Origin: a virus
Taxonomy: Duplodnaviria > Caudoviricetes
Direction: 5' to 3' (one strand)
IMG/VR virus record: IMGVR_UViG_3300028805_000081
Span: 45,930 to 109,929 of that record
DNA length: 64,000 bases
Shown here: positions 18,657-27,557 of the stretch, one piece after another
How the letters are laid out: every line of letters begins with the position of its first letter
Position numbering within the stretch: position 1 is the stretch's first letter
Notes under the pieces: generated by a model
The model's database searches: none
What the model saw: only the letters and a program-made list of their open reading frames with translations
Told to the model about the DNA's origin: nothing
Program-made: the position numbers and the translations under genes

Positions 18657-18875
18657 CAGGAGAAGGGGAATATCTTCTTTAGTCTGAAGTCTTAGTGCGC
18701 ATAAGATTTAATACAGATAGACACCTGTCGTAATACATGATGTTGCGTGATGTATAATTCGTGCCACGTTGAGTTTGATAAAATGCTTTTCTCAGTTCTT
18801 CGGAATAAAAAACGCAATATGTGGTTTAAACGGAAGGCTTTTTTCACAGAATAAAAAATAAAAGCCTCACACAAT

Positions 18876-18949
18876 GGGAATTTAGCTCAGTTGGTTAGAG
18901 CACCTGACTGTTAATCAGGGTGTCACTGGTTCAAGTCCAGTATTTCCCG
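18876..18949 (+). tRNA. tRNA-Asn(GTT)
   Basis: Canonical cloverleaf; CTGTTAA anticodon loop; G73 discriminator. Confidence 0.93.
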
Positions 18950-18953
18950 TTAG

Positions 18954-19117
18954 TTGCTCCAGCTATCGTGTTGGTTTGAAATTAGCCACATTCGTGTGTA
19001 AAAGAGAACTTCAATTAAACCTTCTGATGAAAACACCGGTTAAGTAGTCGGAAGCTTGCTTTCACATAATCGCCCAGCTATGGTGAGAAGTTCTGTTAGC
19101 TATTGGTGTGGAGGCAA
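18954..19117 (+). ncRNA. unknown multi-stem structured RNA
   Basis: Nested stems TTGCTCCA/TGGAGGCAA, AGAACTTC/GAAGTTCT and CTTCTGAT/GTCGGAAG, plus a UUCG hairpin. Confidence 0.55.
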
Positions 19118-19123
19118 GTATTT

Positions 19124-19206
19124 GGCGGGGTAGTTTAACAGTAGAACATCCGGGAATCTATAATAGATATTCACGGAAAACGGTGGTGCGACTCCACCCC
19201 CTTTCT
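19124..19206 (+). ncRNA. tRNA-like element with an extended anticodon arm
   Basis: D-arm GTTT..GAAC and T-arm GGTGG-TGCGACT-CCACC; anticodon arm is a long stem without a 7-nt loop; weak acceptor stem. Confidence 0.6.
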
Positions 19207-19225
19207 TCAGAGGAAACCACATAAC

Positions 19226-19280
19226 AGTCCCGTTCTTTAAGAGATGCAGCAATGTGTGTGATTCGTTTCGCACCGGGACT
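19226..19280 (+). ncRNA. miniature cloverleaf tRNA-like element
   Basis: AGTCCCG/CGGGACT acceptor stem, two tiny hairpins, and a GTGTGA-TTCGTT-TCGCAC T-like arm. Confidence 0.55.
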
Positions 19281-19322
19281 CTTGTAGATTGTCACCTTTA
19301 TTCATTTAAGGAAGTGTTATAA

Positions 19323-20066
19323 TTGAATATTTTAAAGATTTCAGGAAGCAGATTTGAAGAAGTCATCGCTGATGTTCAGAAAGAACTGGGTATCAGGAGA
19401 ACTAATAATTATGATGATTTCAACAATTCAATTAAAAAACTTATTCGTCCGGAAAATTTCTTATTCAATTCCTATGTTCTTAGAATTGATGGATTTGAAT
19501 ATAAGGTAAACAGGTTGGAAAATACATTCAGCTATGGTACTACCGACAAAGCTTTTATTCGAGTTAAGATTGATGCTAAAGATGCTAAAAATGCTATTTA
19601 TACTGCTACTGAAGTGTCGGGTACTCTTTATGATGAGTTAAGAAAGAAAAGAGATATGCCTAAAAGCAAGAAGAACGATATGATGACTGAAGGAGTTTAC
19701 AACACAGTTATCCCAGTTATCTGCTTTGAACGTTATATCATGCAGCTCATGGAGTCCCGGAACGTTACTACAGTGGATCTTGAAAAAGTTCAGACTATAG
19801 TCAAGACCAGTAAACCGGGGAATAAGGCTAAGAAGAAAAACAAGCCAAGAGTTACTAAAGAAATAACACTTAATTTTAAGGACATTGAAAGAGTTGTGTA
19901 TTCACGTCCTGAATTACCGAGAACATACACACATCACGTTGAGTCCTTTGATGTTGCCGGGCATTACAGACACTATAAATCCGGTAAGGTTGTGTTTGTA
20001 AAAGGCTATACAAAAGGAAACAAGGATGCTAAAATATCTGATAAAACCTATAAAATAAATCTCTAA
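19323..20066 (+). CDS. hypothetical protein with basic C-terminus (VAGHYRHYKSGK)
   Basis: TTG start after AAGGAAG; 247 aa. Confidence 0.8.
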   Translation: MNILKISGSRFEEVIADVQKELGIRRTNNYDDFNNSIKKLIRPENFLFNSYVLRIDGFEYKVNRLENTFSYGTTDKAFIRVKIDAKDAKNAIYTATEVSGTLYDELRKKRDMPKSKKNDMMTEGVYNTVIPVICFERYIMQLMESRNVTTVDLEKVQTIVKTSKPGNKAKKKNKPRVTKEITLNFKDIERVVYSRPELPRTYTHHVESFDVAGHYRHYKSGKVVFVKGYTKGNKDAKISDKTYKINL

Positions 20067-20082
20067 TGCTGAAATCCATTTT

Positions 20083-20114
20083 GCCCACGTACAGGAAGTA
20101 GTTGTACGTGGGTT
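20083..20114 (+). terminator. stem-loop / probable terminator
   Basis: GCCCACGTACA...TGTACGTGGGT. Confidence 0.6.
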
Positions 20115-20198
20115 GATAAAATGGTATTATTTTTTACAATTGAGTAAACAAAAGTCTACAATTTTAATTATAAATCGAATAGTAAAGGAGAATGAGAA

Positions 20199-20462
20199 AT
20201 GAAGTTTGTTGTAGATGATAAGTCCTTTGATAACTATGATGATGCAAAGGCTTATGAGGAAGAAGTCAAGAAACCACAGGATGAAGAACTGAAGAAGGTT
20301 CAGGATCAGCTGACTAAGCTTAATGCTGAGTATAAGACACATCATGAAGCACTCACTAAGCTGTCAAAGGAAATCTTTGAACTGGAAATGCAGAAGTTAA
20401 AGCTCACAGGTGATAAATCTAAGAAGCTTAACGGTATTTTATCAATTTTAAATTTAATTTAA
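20199..20462 (+). CDS. coiled-coil hypothetical protein
   Basis: AAGGAG RBS. Confidence 0.75.
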   Translation: MKFVVDDKSFDNYDDAKAYEEEVKKPQDEELKKVQDQLTKLNAEYKTHHEALTKLSKEIFELEMQKLKLTGDKSKKLNGILSILNLI

Positions 20463-20477
20463 GAAGGAGTAAAATGT

Positions 20478-21704
20478 ATGGATAACTTTACTTTTATTGG
20501 TACAATCAGACCTATTAAGGACAGTGACAAGCTGAAGGGATACGAAGAAAAGACCTTTGATTCAGGCTGGACTAACAGACAGCTGAAGTTTAATGTTACA
20601 TCCGGGACGAATTCTTTAATCGTTCAAATTAAGGGTGGATGCTTTACAGACAGCAAGGGAAATCCGAAGTCAGATAACAAGGTGTACACTTCTGTTAAGG
20701 GCAAGGATAAGGCTGAAAAGGCTGAAATCCCGTGGAATGATCGTAAGAAGGCAAGCTGGCTTGAAAAGGTTGTTGTTTGGAAGAAGTTTGTTATTGACAC
20801 TGAACTTCCTGAAGATCGTAAGAAGATATATGCAATTCGTAAGTCACTTGACGAAGGCACAGCTCTTACAGATGACCAGTATAAGTTTTTAAATGTTGGC
20901 ACAATTGAAGCTGCAAAGGAAGCTATCGAAAAGAGAGCAAGACATGAATATCTTTCTGAATGGGACTATGCGGAAATCGTAAACAAGTATATCGCAAAGG
21001 TCGGCAAGGACGATATGTTCAGGGTAAGCGGTAATATTGAAATCAGCTACGATGCTGAAAACAATACGGCTTATAAGAACTACATTGTAACTAAGATCGA
21101 GAAGATGCCGGCTGATACTACACCGACAGCTACTGCTGTAATTGATGTGTTCTTTAACAAGGAAGCGTTTGATGCTACTGACTGGACTGAAACTCCGGTT
21201 GAAGGAAGTAATCTTCCGAAGTTATCAGGCGTGGGTATTGTTAATGCAAAGCAGAGTTATTTTGCAAGCAATAAGAAGTATAATATCAAGGGCACATTTT
21301 ATACAGATATTGTATTTGAAGTCCCGGCTTCAACAGTTGGTTATGCTTTAAAGTTTAAGATGTCAGCTGCGTTCGATAAGGATGTTACATGGAAGCACAT
21401 CCCGGTCAGAGTTAAGGTTATTGACGGAGCACCAGTAGTGGATCTTACACCTGATATGCTCACTGATGAACAGAAACTCGATATTGAGTGCGGATGCTAC
21501 ACGCTTGAGGAACTTCAGAAGTCCATGAGTAATGTATACGGAGAAAAGGTACGTAAGTATGTATTTGATAGCCTTATCCCTAACAAGGTTGCTGAAGATA
21601 CAGCATTTACTGATGAGGATATGGTTGAAGCACATAGCACAGAACAGGAAGAAGTAGCTATTACCAAGGAAGAAGAACAGGACGTATTTGAAGATATTCT
21701 TTAA
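20478..21704 (+). CDS. putative single-stranded DNA-binding protein (tandem OB-like folds, acidic tail)
   Basis: NFTFIGTI start; EEEQDVFEDIL tail; heads the replication module. Confidence 0.55.
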   Translation: MDNFTFIGTIRPIKDSDKLKGYEEKTFDSGWTNRQLKFNVTSGTNSLIVQIKGGCFTDSKGNPKSDNKVYTSVKGKDKAEKAEIPWNDRKKASWLEKVVVWKKFVIDTELPEDRKKIYAIRKSLDEGTALTDDQYKFLNVGTIEAAKEAIEKRARHEYLSEWDYAEIVNKYIAKVGKDDMFRVSGNIEISYDAENNTAYKNYIVTKIEKMPADTTPTATAVIDVFFNKEAFDATDWTETPVEGSNLPKLSGVGIVNAKQSYFASNKKYNIKGTFYTDIVFEVPASTVGYALKFKMSAAFDKDVTWKHIPVRVKVIDGAPVVDLTPDMLTDEQKLDIECGCYTLEELQKSMSNVYGEKVRKYVFDSLIPNKVAEDTAFTDEDMVEAHSTEQEEVAITKEEEQDVFEDIL

Positions 21705-21790
21705 TGCAGTCCGACAGAGAGCTGCCGGTGAGTGAGAGTAGCCGGGATACGAGATGAGAAGAACAAATTTCAAGGAGATATTAAAAACAT

Positions 21791-22573
21791 ATGAGAAAGA
21801 TAGATTTAACTGGTCAAAGGTTTAGCTATCTTACTGTCATAGAAGAAGATCTTGAAAAATCCACTCCGGGAAACATCAAATGGAAGTGCCGTTGTGATTG
21901 CGGAAACATTGTTACAGTTAAAGGTGGAAATTTGAAATCAGGGAACACTACGAGTTGTGGTTGTAATCAGAGAAGAATTTGCTCTGAAATGTTAAAACAA
22001 TATAATCGCTATGATCTAACTGGAGAATATGGGATTGGCTATGACAATAATGGGAAAACATTTTCTTTTGACTTAGATGATTATGACTTAATAAAAGATT
22101 ATTGCTGGAATGTTCATAAAGAATACAGGAAGAAATCAAATGGAGAACAGACAGGCGTAGAATATTATGTAACTGGCTTTTATAGAGATTCTGCTAACAA
22201 TAAAAGGCGTATGAGGTTACATAGATTAATAATGGGCGTTGTTGATAATCCTGAAGTTTTTATTGATCATATAGACGGAAACGGATGCAATAATCAAAAA
22301 TCAAACTTAAGAATTTGTACTTGCTTAGAAAATGCGTGGAATGTTAAGCCGAGAAAAAATACATCGTCTAAATATAAAGGTGTATATTATCATTCGCAAA
22401 CACGTAAATGGCAAGCTCGTATAAATAAAAATAAAAAAGCATATTATTTAGGTTTGTTTGAAACTGAAGAAGCAGCAGCAGAAGCATATAACAAGGCTGC
22501 GATAGAGTTATTCGGTGAGTTTGCTCGGTTAAATGAGATTCATTATGACAATGAAATAAAAGAAGCTATTTAA
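21791..22573 (+). CDS. HNH homing endonuclease with AP2 domain
   Basis: IDLTGQRF/WKCRCDCG N-terminus; IDHIDGNGCNNQKSNLR; SKYKGV...YLGLFETEEAAAEAYN. Confidence 0.9.
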   Translation: MRKIDLTGQRFSYLTVIEEDLEKSTPGNIKWKCRCDCGNIVTVKGGNLKSGNTTSCGCNQRRICSEMLKQYNRYDLTGEYGIGYDNNGKTFSFDLDDYDLIKDYCWNVHKEYRKKSNGEQTGVEYYVTGFYRDSANNKRRMRLHRLIMGVVDNPEVFIDHIDGNGCNNQKSNLRICTCLENAWNVKPRKNTSSKYKGVYYHSQTRKWQARINKNKKAYYLGLFETEEAAAEAYNKAAIELFGEFARLNEIHYDNEIKEAI

Positions 22574-22591
22574 ACAAAGGAGAGATTAATT

Positions 22592-23707
22592 ATGGTAAGA
22601 CCTAAGATTAATAAGATTAAAGCCGATATTAAAAATTGTAGCATATATTTACGTTCTACAAAGAAATTCGGTAAAACGTCACTTTTTAGAGATGTCATCA
22701 TCGAAAAGTATGGTGATCCATCAAGAGGACTTTTAATCGGATGCGGTTCTGAACAGGGTTATACAATGCTTGATAACATCAATGCAGTTCAGGTTACAAC
22801 TTACGATGATCTTGTAGAACTTGTTGATTGGCTTGTTACAAAAAAAGGTATTGAACATAACATAGAGATCTGTGCCTTCGATACCGCTGACGAGCTTGTG
22901 CTTATTACTGATGCTGAAACAATCAGAATACACAACAAGGATAATCCTACTAAAAAGGTAAAATCAATCAAGGCTGCTATGTCGGGTTACTCAGCTGGCG
23001 AAAAGTATTCAGCAAACAACCTTATTAAGCCATTAATGAATAAAATTAAAGCAGCAGGAATAGGTATATGGATCATATCGCATACTAAATTTAAAAATAT
23101 CAAACAAAAAGGCACAACAGAACTTGACGGTTGGATGCAGCTTACTTCATGCCTTGGAGCTGATTATGAGTCTGCCTTCGGTGATTGCATGGATGTCGTT
23201 TTGACCGGGGTTGTTGATAAGCCGATTATTGAAAAAGAAGTTGGAGATGAAACCAAAAGGTTTGTAAATGGCGAAACTGTAAGAAAATTATACTTTAGGG
23301 AGACTGAACTTATAGATGCTGGCGGAAGATTTAGCTATGGAACTGTACCGGATTACATGATTTTCGATAAGCCTAATATGGCGGCAGACTTTATCAGAGT
23401 TATTGAAGAAGGTATGGAAAAATCAAAGACTGTTTCAGTAACATCTAAACCAGTCCCGGCAGAAACACCAAAGGCTGAACCAAAGCCTGAACCGAAAGAA
23501 GAACCGGCTGACATTGCCGATCTTGCTGAACAGTCTGATACTGAAATGGAACTTGATGAACTCAGAGAACAGGCAAAACAGGCGTTCACAGACTTAAAGG
23601 ATCTTGATAAGAAGAAGGCTGCGGTCGCATTTGTCAAGGAAAATGGCGGCAAGATAACAGAGCTTGACTTACAGGCTTGCTATCAGCTCCTCGAAATGCT
23701 GTCATAA
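22592..23707 (+). CDS. AAA-family ATPase (Sak4-like recombination protein)
   Basis: Degenerate Walker A (KKFGKT); Walker B (CAFDT); IISH motif. Confidence 0.75.
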   Translation: MVRPKINKIKADIKNCSIYLRSTKKFGKTSLFRDVIIEKYGDPSRGLLIGCGSEQGYTMLDNINAVQVTTYDDLVELVDWLVTKKGIEHNIEICAFDTADELVLITDAETIRIHNKDNPTKKVKSIKAAMSGYSAGEKYSANNLIKPLMNKIKAAGIGIWIISHTKFKNIKQKGTTELDGWMQLTSCLGADYESAFGDCMDVVLTGVVDKPIIEKEVGDETKRFVNGETVRKLYFRETELIDAGGRFSYGTVPDYMIFDKPNMAADFIRVIEEGMEKSKTVSVTSKPVPAETPKAEPKPEPKEEPADIADLAEQSDTEMELDELREQAKQAFTDLKDLDKKKAAVAFVKENGGKITELDLQACYQLLEMLS

Positions 23708-23769
23708 TTATAACTCGTTCACTTACTACATAAGGGCGTTCAGAGATGTTCGCCCTTTAAATTAAAGGA

Positions 23770-24273
23770 GTGATTATTATGGCTTCGTGCAAATGTGTTG
23801 CTTGTGGTAAAAGATTGTCAACTACTCAGGCATACAGTATGCCGAAAGGATCTAAAAATCAGTATTTCTGCTCTGAACAGGAGTATAAGGAATATACTCA
23901 GAAGAAGATATTTGCTGTCCGGGACGAAAGAAGATTGTTTGAAGTCTGCGAATACATTCTCGGTCATCACACTACAAACTTCACACTAAGAAAGTATGTC
24001 AAGGAATGGATTTCTGAGCCTTATGCTGTCGATGTGATAGATGAACACAAGGATGAGGTTTACGATTTACTCAGCAGAAAGTATTTTGATAATGAATATG
24101 TTGCTATCAAATATCTTCAGGCTGTGATCAATAATAACTTATATGACTGGACTAAAGAATACAAGGATTGTTTAGAAGCGGAAAAACCGATCAAAACTAA
24201 TCCTGATGATATGTATTTGTCTAAAGGTTTTCAGAAGCGAAAAACTAAGTGTTTGGCTGATTTTGATATTTAA
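23770..24273 (+). CDS. Zn-finger hypothetical protein upstream of the helicase
   Basis: CKCVACG...YFCSEQEY; AAGGAG RBS. Confidence 0.75.
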   Translation: MIIMASCKCVACGKRLSTTQAYSMPKGSKNQYFCSEQEYKEYTQKKIFAVRDERRLFEVCEYILGHHTTNFTLRKYVKEWISEPYAVDVIDEHKDEVYDLLSRKYFDNEYVAIKYLQAVINNNLYDWTKEYKDCLEAEKPIKTNPDDMYLSKGFQKRKTKCLADFDI

Positions 24274-24474
24274 ATTATAAAAGATTTGCTCAACAAATCC
24301 TTAATACATAGCTCCGCTATCCACACAGATATGTGGTTTGTGAGAGTTGAAACAGATTAATCAACCAGTTTTCTGACTTGTATTGTGATAACATATCAGT
24401 AAAACCGATGTATAACTGCGATTTCAGAAGTGATTATCCTGAAGTCATGGGTGAACGAACATTGGCTGCCCTAC

Positions 24475-24571
24475 AAAGTAGGCGTGGCGGATGCTACCTG
24501 TATTTAAAGAGTTTGTTGACTTTATAGAATATAAAATCCAAAGGAAAGTAGGCGTGGCGGATGCTACCTGT
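24475..24571 (+). repeat. 27-bp perfect direct repeat (AAAGTAGGCGTGGCGGATGCTACCTGT) x2
   Basis: Copies at 24475-24501 and 24545-24571. Confidence 0.95.
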
Positions 24572-25753
24572 TGGCTTGACAATGGATTTATTAAAGCTTT
24601 CACTTCTGACGGAGTTTTACATAAATTATATAAATATAAAGTTAATGATGATTTAAGTGTAGAACTTACTAAGCATAAAGATTACATTGACATAGATCTT
24701 GAAACGTGGGATCAGACTATCGCCCGGCTGACAGATAAACTTGATATAAAGGTTAATGAAAGCCTTGATGTTATCAAAGATACAATAGAGAAGTATAATA
24801 CTTCTGAAATGTATGCATTAACTTCTACCGGGAAAGACAGTGCAGTAGTAATTGATCTTGTAAAGAAAGTTAAACCTAATATTCAGGTAATGTTTAATAA
24901 TACTTCAATGGACGTTGCTGATACCTACAGAATTGTAAAATCACATCCGGAATGGATTGTTACTAATCCGGACGAAGGATTCTATGTGTGGAGTAAAAGA
25001 ATTAACTTTGTTCCTACCCGGTTCACAAGAGCTTGTTGCCGTATATTTAAGGAAGAAGCAAGCATGAAATACTTTAAAGAACATAACATAGACAAGCTCA
25101 TGCTGTTTATGGGCGTTCGTAATGATGAAAGTAGTGCAAGAGCAAACAGACAGTTTATAGAACATAATCCTAAATGGAGCAATCCAAACTGGCTGAGTTG
25201 CCTTCCAATACGTAAATGGACAGATTTAGATGTTTGGTTGTATATTTTAAGAGAACATCTTGAAATAAATCCTAAGTATCGTAAGGGTTATAATCGTGCT
25301 GGATGTGCGATAGTATGTGCTTTTGCTGCAAAGGGAACGTGGGTGTTAGATCAGTATTGGTACAATAACTTATACAACAGATGGCATAATCAGCTGACAG
25401 ATAAATTTATTGATACTAAAGGCTGGGCAAGAGTGAATTGTACGATTGATGAATATCATTCATGCTGGAACGGTGGTTTACTCCGATCAGAACCAACAGA
25501 AGAAGTCATTCAGGAAATGATGCAATACACTAAGCTGCCGAGAGATACGGTAATAAAATACTTCAATAAAACTTGTGAATGTGGTGCAAATGTGCGTAAC
25601 CCGGAAGTGTTAGGTATGAATTATAAATTCTTCGGAACTGATGTTAATGTAGTTTATTGTAAAAAGTGCTTAAAGAAAAAGTTAAACATGAAAGAATCTG
25701 ACTGGAAATTTAATATAAATAAGTTTAAAGAACAAGGATGTAATCTGTTTTAA
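24491..25753 (+). CDS. PAPS reductase family protein
   Basis: STGKDS PP-loop; RACCRIFK; GVRNDESSAR; GYNRAGCAIVC. Confidence 0.9.
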   Translation: MLPVFKEFVDFIEYKIQRKVGVADATCWLDNGFIKAFTSDGVLHKLYKYKVNDDLSVELTKHKDYIDIDLETWDQTIARLTDKLDIKVNESLDVIKDTIEKYNTSEMYALTSTGKDSAVVIDLVKKVKPNIQVMFNNTSMDVADTYRIVKSHPEWIVTNPDEGFYVWSKRINFVPTRFTRACCRIFKEEASMKYFKEHNIDKLMLFMGVRNDESSARANRQFIEHNPKWSNPNWLSCLPIRKWTDLDVWLYILREHLEINPKYRKGYNRAGCAIVCAFAAKGTWVLDQYWYNNLYNRWHNQLTDKFIDTKGWARVNCTIDEYHSCWNGGLLRSEPTEEVIQEMMQYTKLPRDTVIKYFNKTCECGANVRNPEVLGMNYKFFGTDVNVVYCKKCLKKKLNMKESDWKFNINKFKEQGCNLF

Positions 25754-25756
25754 TAA

Positions 25757-25821
25757 TAATACCAAAGTAAGTTATAAGTATCATGTGAGTTTATATTTTA
25801 TAATCTACTTTGGTATTTTTT
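25757..25821 (+). terminator. intrinsic terminator
   Basis: AATACCAAAGTA...TACTTTGGTATT followed by a T run. Confidence 0.6.
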
Positions 25822-25841
25822 ATGTAAGGAGATGATGAGAA

Positions 25842-27422
25842 ATGGGACTGATAAAAGGTATTGAAGATAAATATCCGGAAGAAATAATTTATAAGCGTGA
25901 GTTTTTTGAAGGACAGGTAATAGGTCTGTTAGCAAAAGATTTACTATTTATTGATGAATGTAACCTTAATCTGACTGACTTTAAGACAGAAGAAGGCAGA
26001 GTGTTCTTTAAAATAGAACAGGAGATCCGTAATAAAGGATATAACCAACTTGATGAAGTCACAGTGCTGTCTAACATCCCGGAAAATCTTCAGGATAAGT
26101 TTGAAGAATATGGTGGATATGATGCAATGGCTAATCTGTCCGAGATAGTTGATACTAAAAATGCAGATTCTATATTTGATGCACTTCACAGAGAGAATAT
26201 CTTTATGAAGTTATATGATAACGGGTTCAATTTATTAAAGTCTATTAAGAATGACAAAGGAATTGAATTTGTCCCGATAGAAAAGTTCAGAAAGCTGCCT
26301 TCAGAAAGTGTTGTATCATGGTATGAAGTCGAATTAAACAAAGTTGCTGTCGGATATAATACTAAGATCCTTGAGGAAGGAAATCTTAATATTGATGATG
26401 AGTTTTTGGAAAGCCTGTATGCCGGTGATCAGTGTGGTGTGCCGTATTCCAGCTGTAGTATTGATATACAGGGCGAAGAGGAAACGGTATATCCGTATAC
26501 TACCCGACAGACTAAAGGCTTGCTACGTGGCTCTACAACGATTTTAGGGGCATATTCATCTGTAGGTAAAACAACATGGTGGACTGGCTTAATTCTCAGC
26601 CTGTTAGAACAGGGAGAAAAGGCTTTAATCTTCAGCAATGAACAAAACTCTGCCGTATTCAAAATAAACGTTATTATTTGGCTGGCGTATAAACACTTCA
26701 GATATTACAAGATCACTAAATCCAATCTGATTAATGGTAATTTAACTGATGATGATAAATCAAAAATCAAAGAAATCCGGGATTATTTTATGAAGAAATA
26801 TTCTCAGAGCATTATGTTTATACATCTTCCGGATATGGATATATCAACGATCAAAAAGAAAACAAGATACTATGCATTGCAATACGGCTATACAGTATCG
26901 CTTATTGATACTTTGAAGATGGATTATTCTGACGGTGTTGCTGATGCATCATATCACAAGCTTATCGAAGATACAAGAACACTGGATAGCCTTGCAAAGA
27001 GATTCAACCTTATTGAGTTATGCAGCTTTCAGCTTGCTCCGAGTACGTTAGGTAAGCTATTTCTTGATGTAACTTGTTTGTCCGGGGCAAAGGCAGTTAA
27101 AGATACATGTGAAAACCTGTTCTTGATGCGTGTTGCTTATAAGGATGAACTTGATAAGGAAAGTAAAAAGTTTTATTGTAGTCCGTTCAGAAGGAAAATG
27201 GTTGAAGATATTGATGAAAACGGTGATATAAAAAACACATGGATAACAGAAAAGTTTGAACCTAATCCTGATAAGATTTATCGCATATTCTTCATTGATA
27301 AGTGCAGATCCGGGCAGAACTCCGGTGATAGTGGAGAAGCGATGCTTTTAGAATTTGATGCTAACCATAGTGTCTTTAAGGAAGTAGCGTATTGTAAGCC
27401 GAAAAGACTGCTTATTCAGTAA
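25842..27422 (+). CDS. DnaB-like replicative helicase
   Basis: GAYSSVGKTT Walker A; FSNEQ; LIDTLK; DKCRSG. Confidence 0.88.
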   Translation: MGLIKGIEDKYPEEIIYKREFFEGQVIGLLAKDLLFIDECNLNLTDFKTEEGRVFFKIEQEIRNKGYNQLDEVTVLSNIPENLQDKFEEYGGYDAMANLSEIVDTKNADSIFDALHRENIFMKLYDNGFNLLKSIKNDKGIEFVPIEKFRKLPSESVVSWYEVELNKVAVGYNTKILEEGNLNIDDEFLESLYAGDQCGVPYSSCSIDIQGEEETVYPYTTRQTKGLLRGSTTILGAYSSVGKTTWWTGLILSLLEQGEKALIFSNEQNSAVFKINVIIWLAYKHFRYYKITKSNLINGNLTDDDKSKIKEIRDYFMKKYSQSIMFIHLPDMDISTIKKKTRYYALQYGYTVSLIDTLKMDYSDGVADASYHKLIEDTRTLDSLAKRFNLIELCSFQLAPSTLGKLFLDVTCLSGAKAVKDTCENLFLMRVAYKDELDKESKKFYCSPFRRKMVEDIDENGDIKNTWITEKFEPNPDKIYRIFFIDKCRSGQNSGDSGEAMLLEFDANHSVFKEVAYCKPKRLLIQ

Positions 27423-27460
27423 AAGACTGATGGTTCAGTAAGCAAAGTTGCATAATTCTG

Positions 27461-27489
27461 TTGACAATTTGAAAAATACGTGATATACT
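27461..27489 (+). promoter_or_regulatory. sigma-A promoter flanked by operator copies and embedded in a hairpin
   Basis: TTGACA-17bp-TATACT. Confidence 0.85.
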
Positions 27490-27557
27490 GTAGTTAGTGA
27501 GCATAGTTCTTTAAAAACTACAGTATATTTTTTATTCAAAAGGGAACGGTAACAGAA

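Noticed and set aside
19024-19060. Hammerhead ribozyme (CTGATGA)
   Set aside because: No GAAA after a stem II, and the motif pairs within another stem
19124-19206. Suppressor tRNA, intron-containing tRNA, or alternative genetic code
   Set aside because: No canonical 7-nt anticodon loop and a weak acceptor stem; genes read normally in code 11 and use all three stops
24475-24571. Mini-CRISPR (27-bp repeat, 43-bp spacer)
   Set aside because: Only two copies, not palindromic, and both overlap the coding sequence of the PAPS reductase gene
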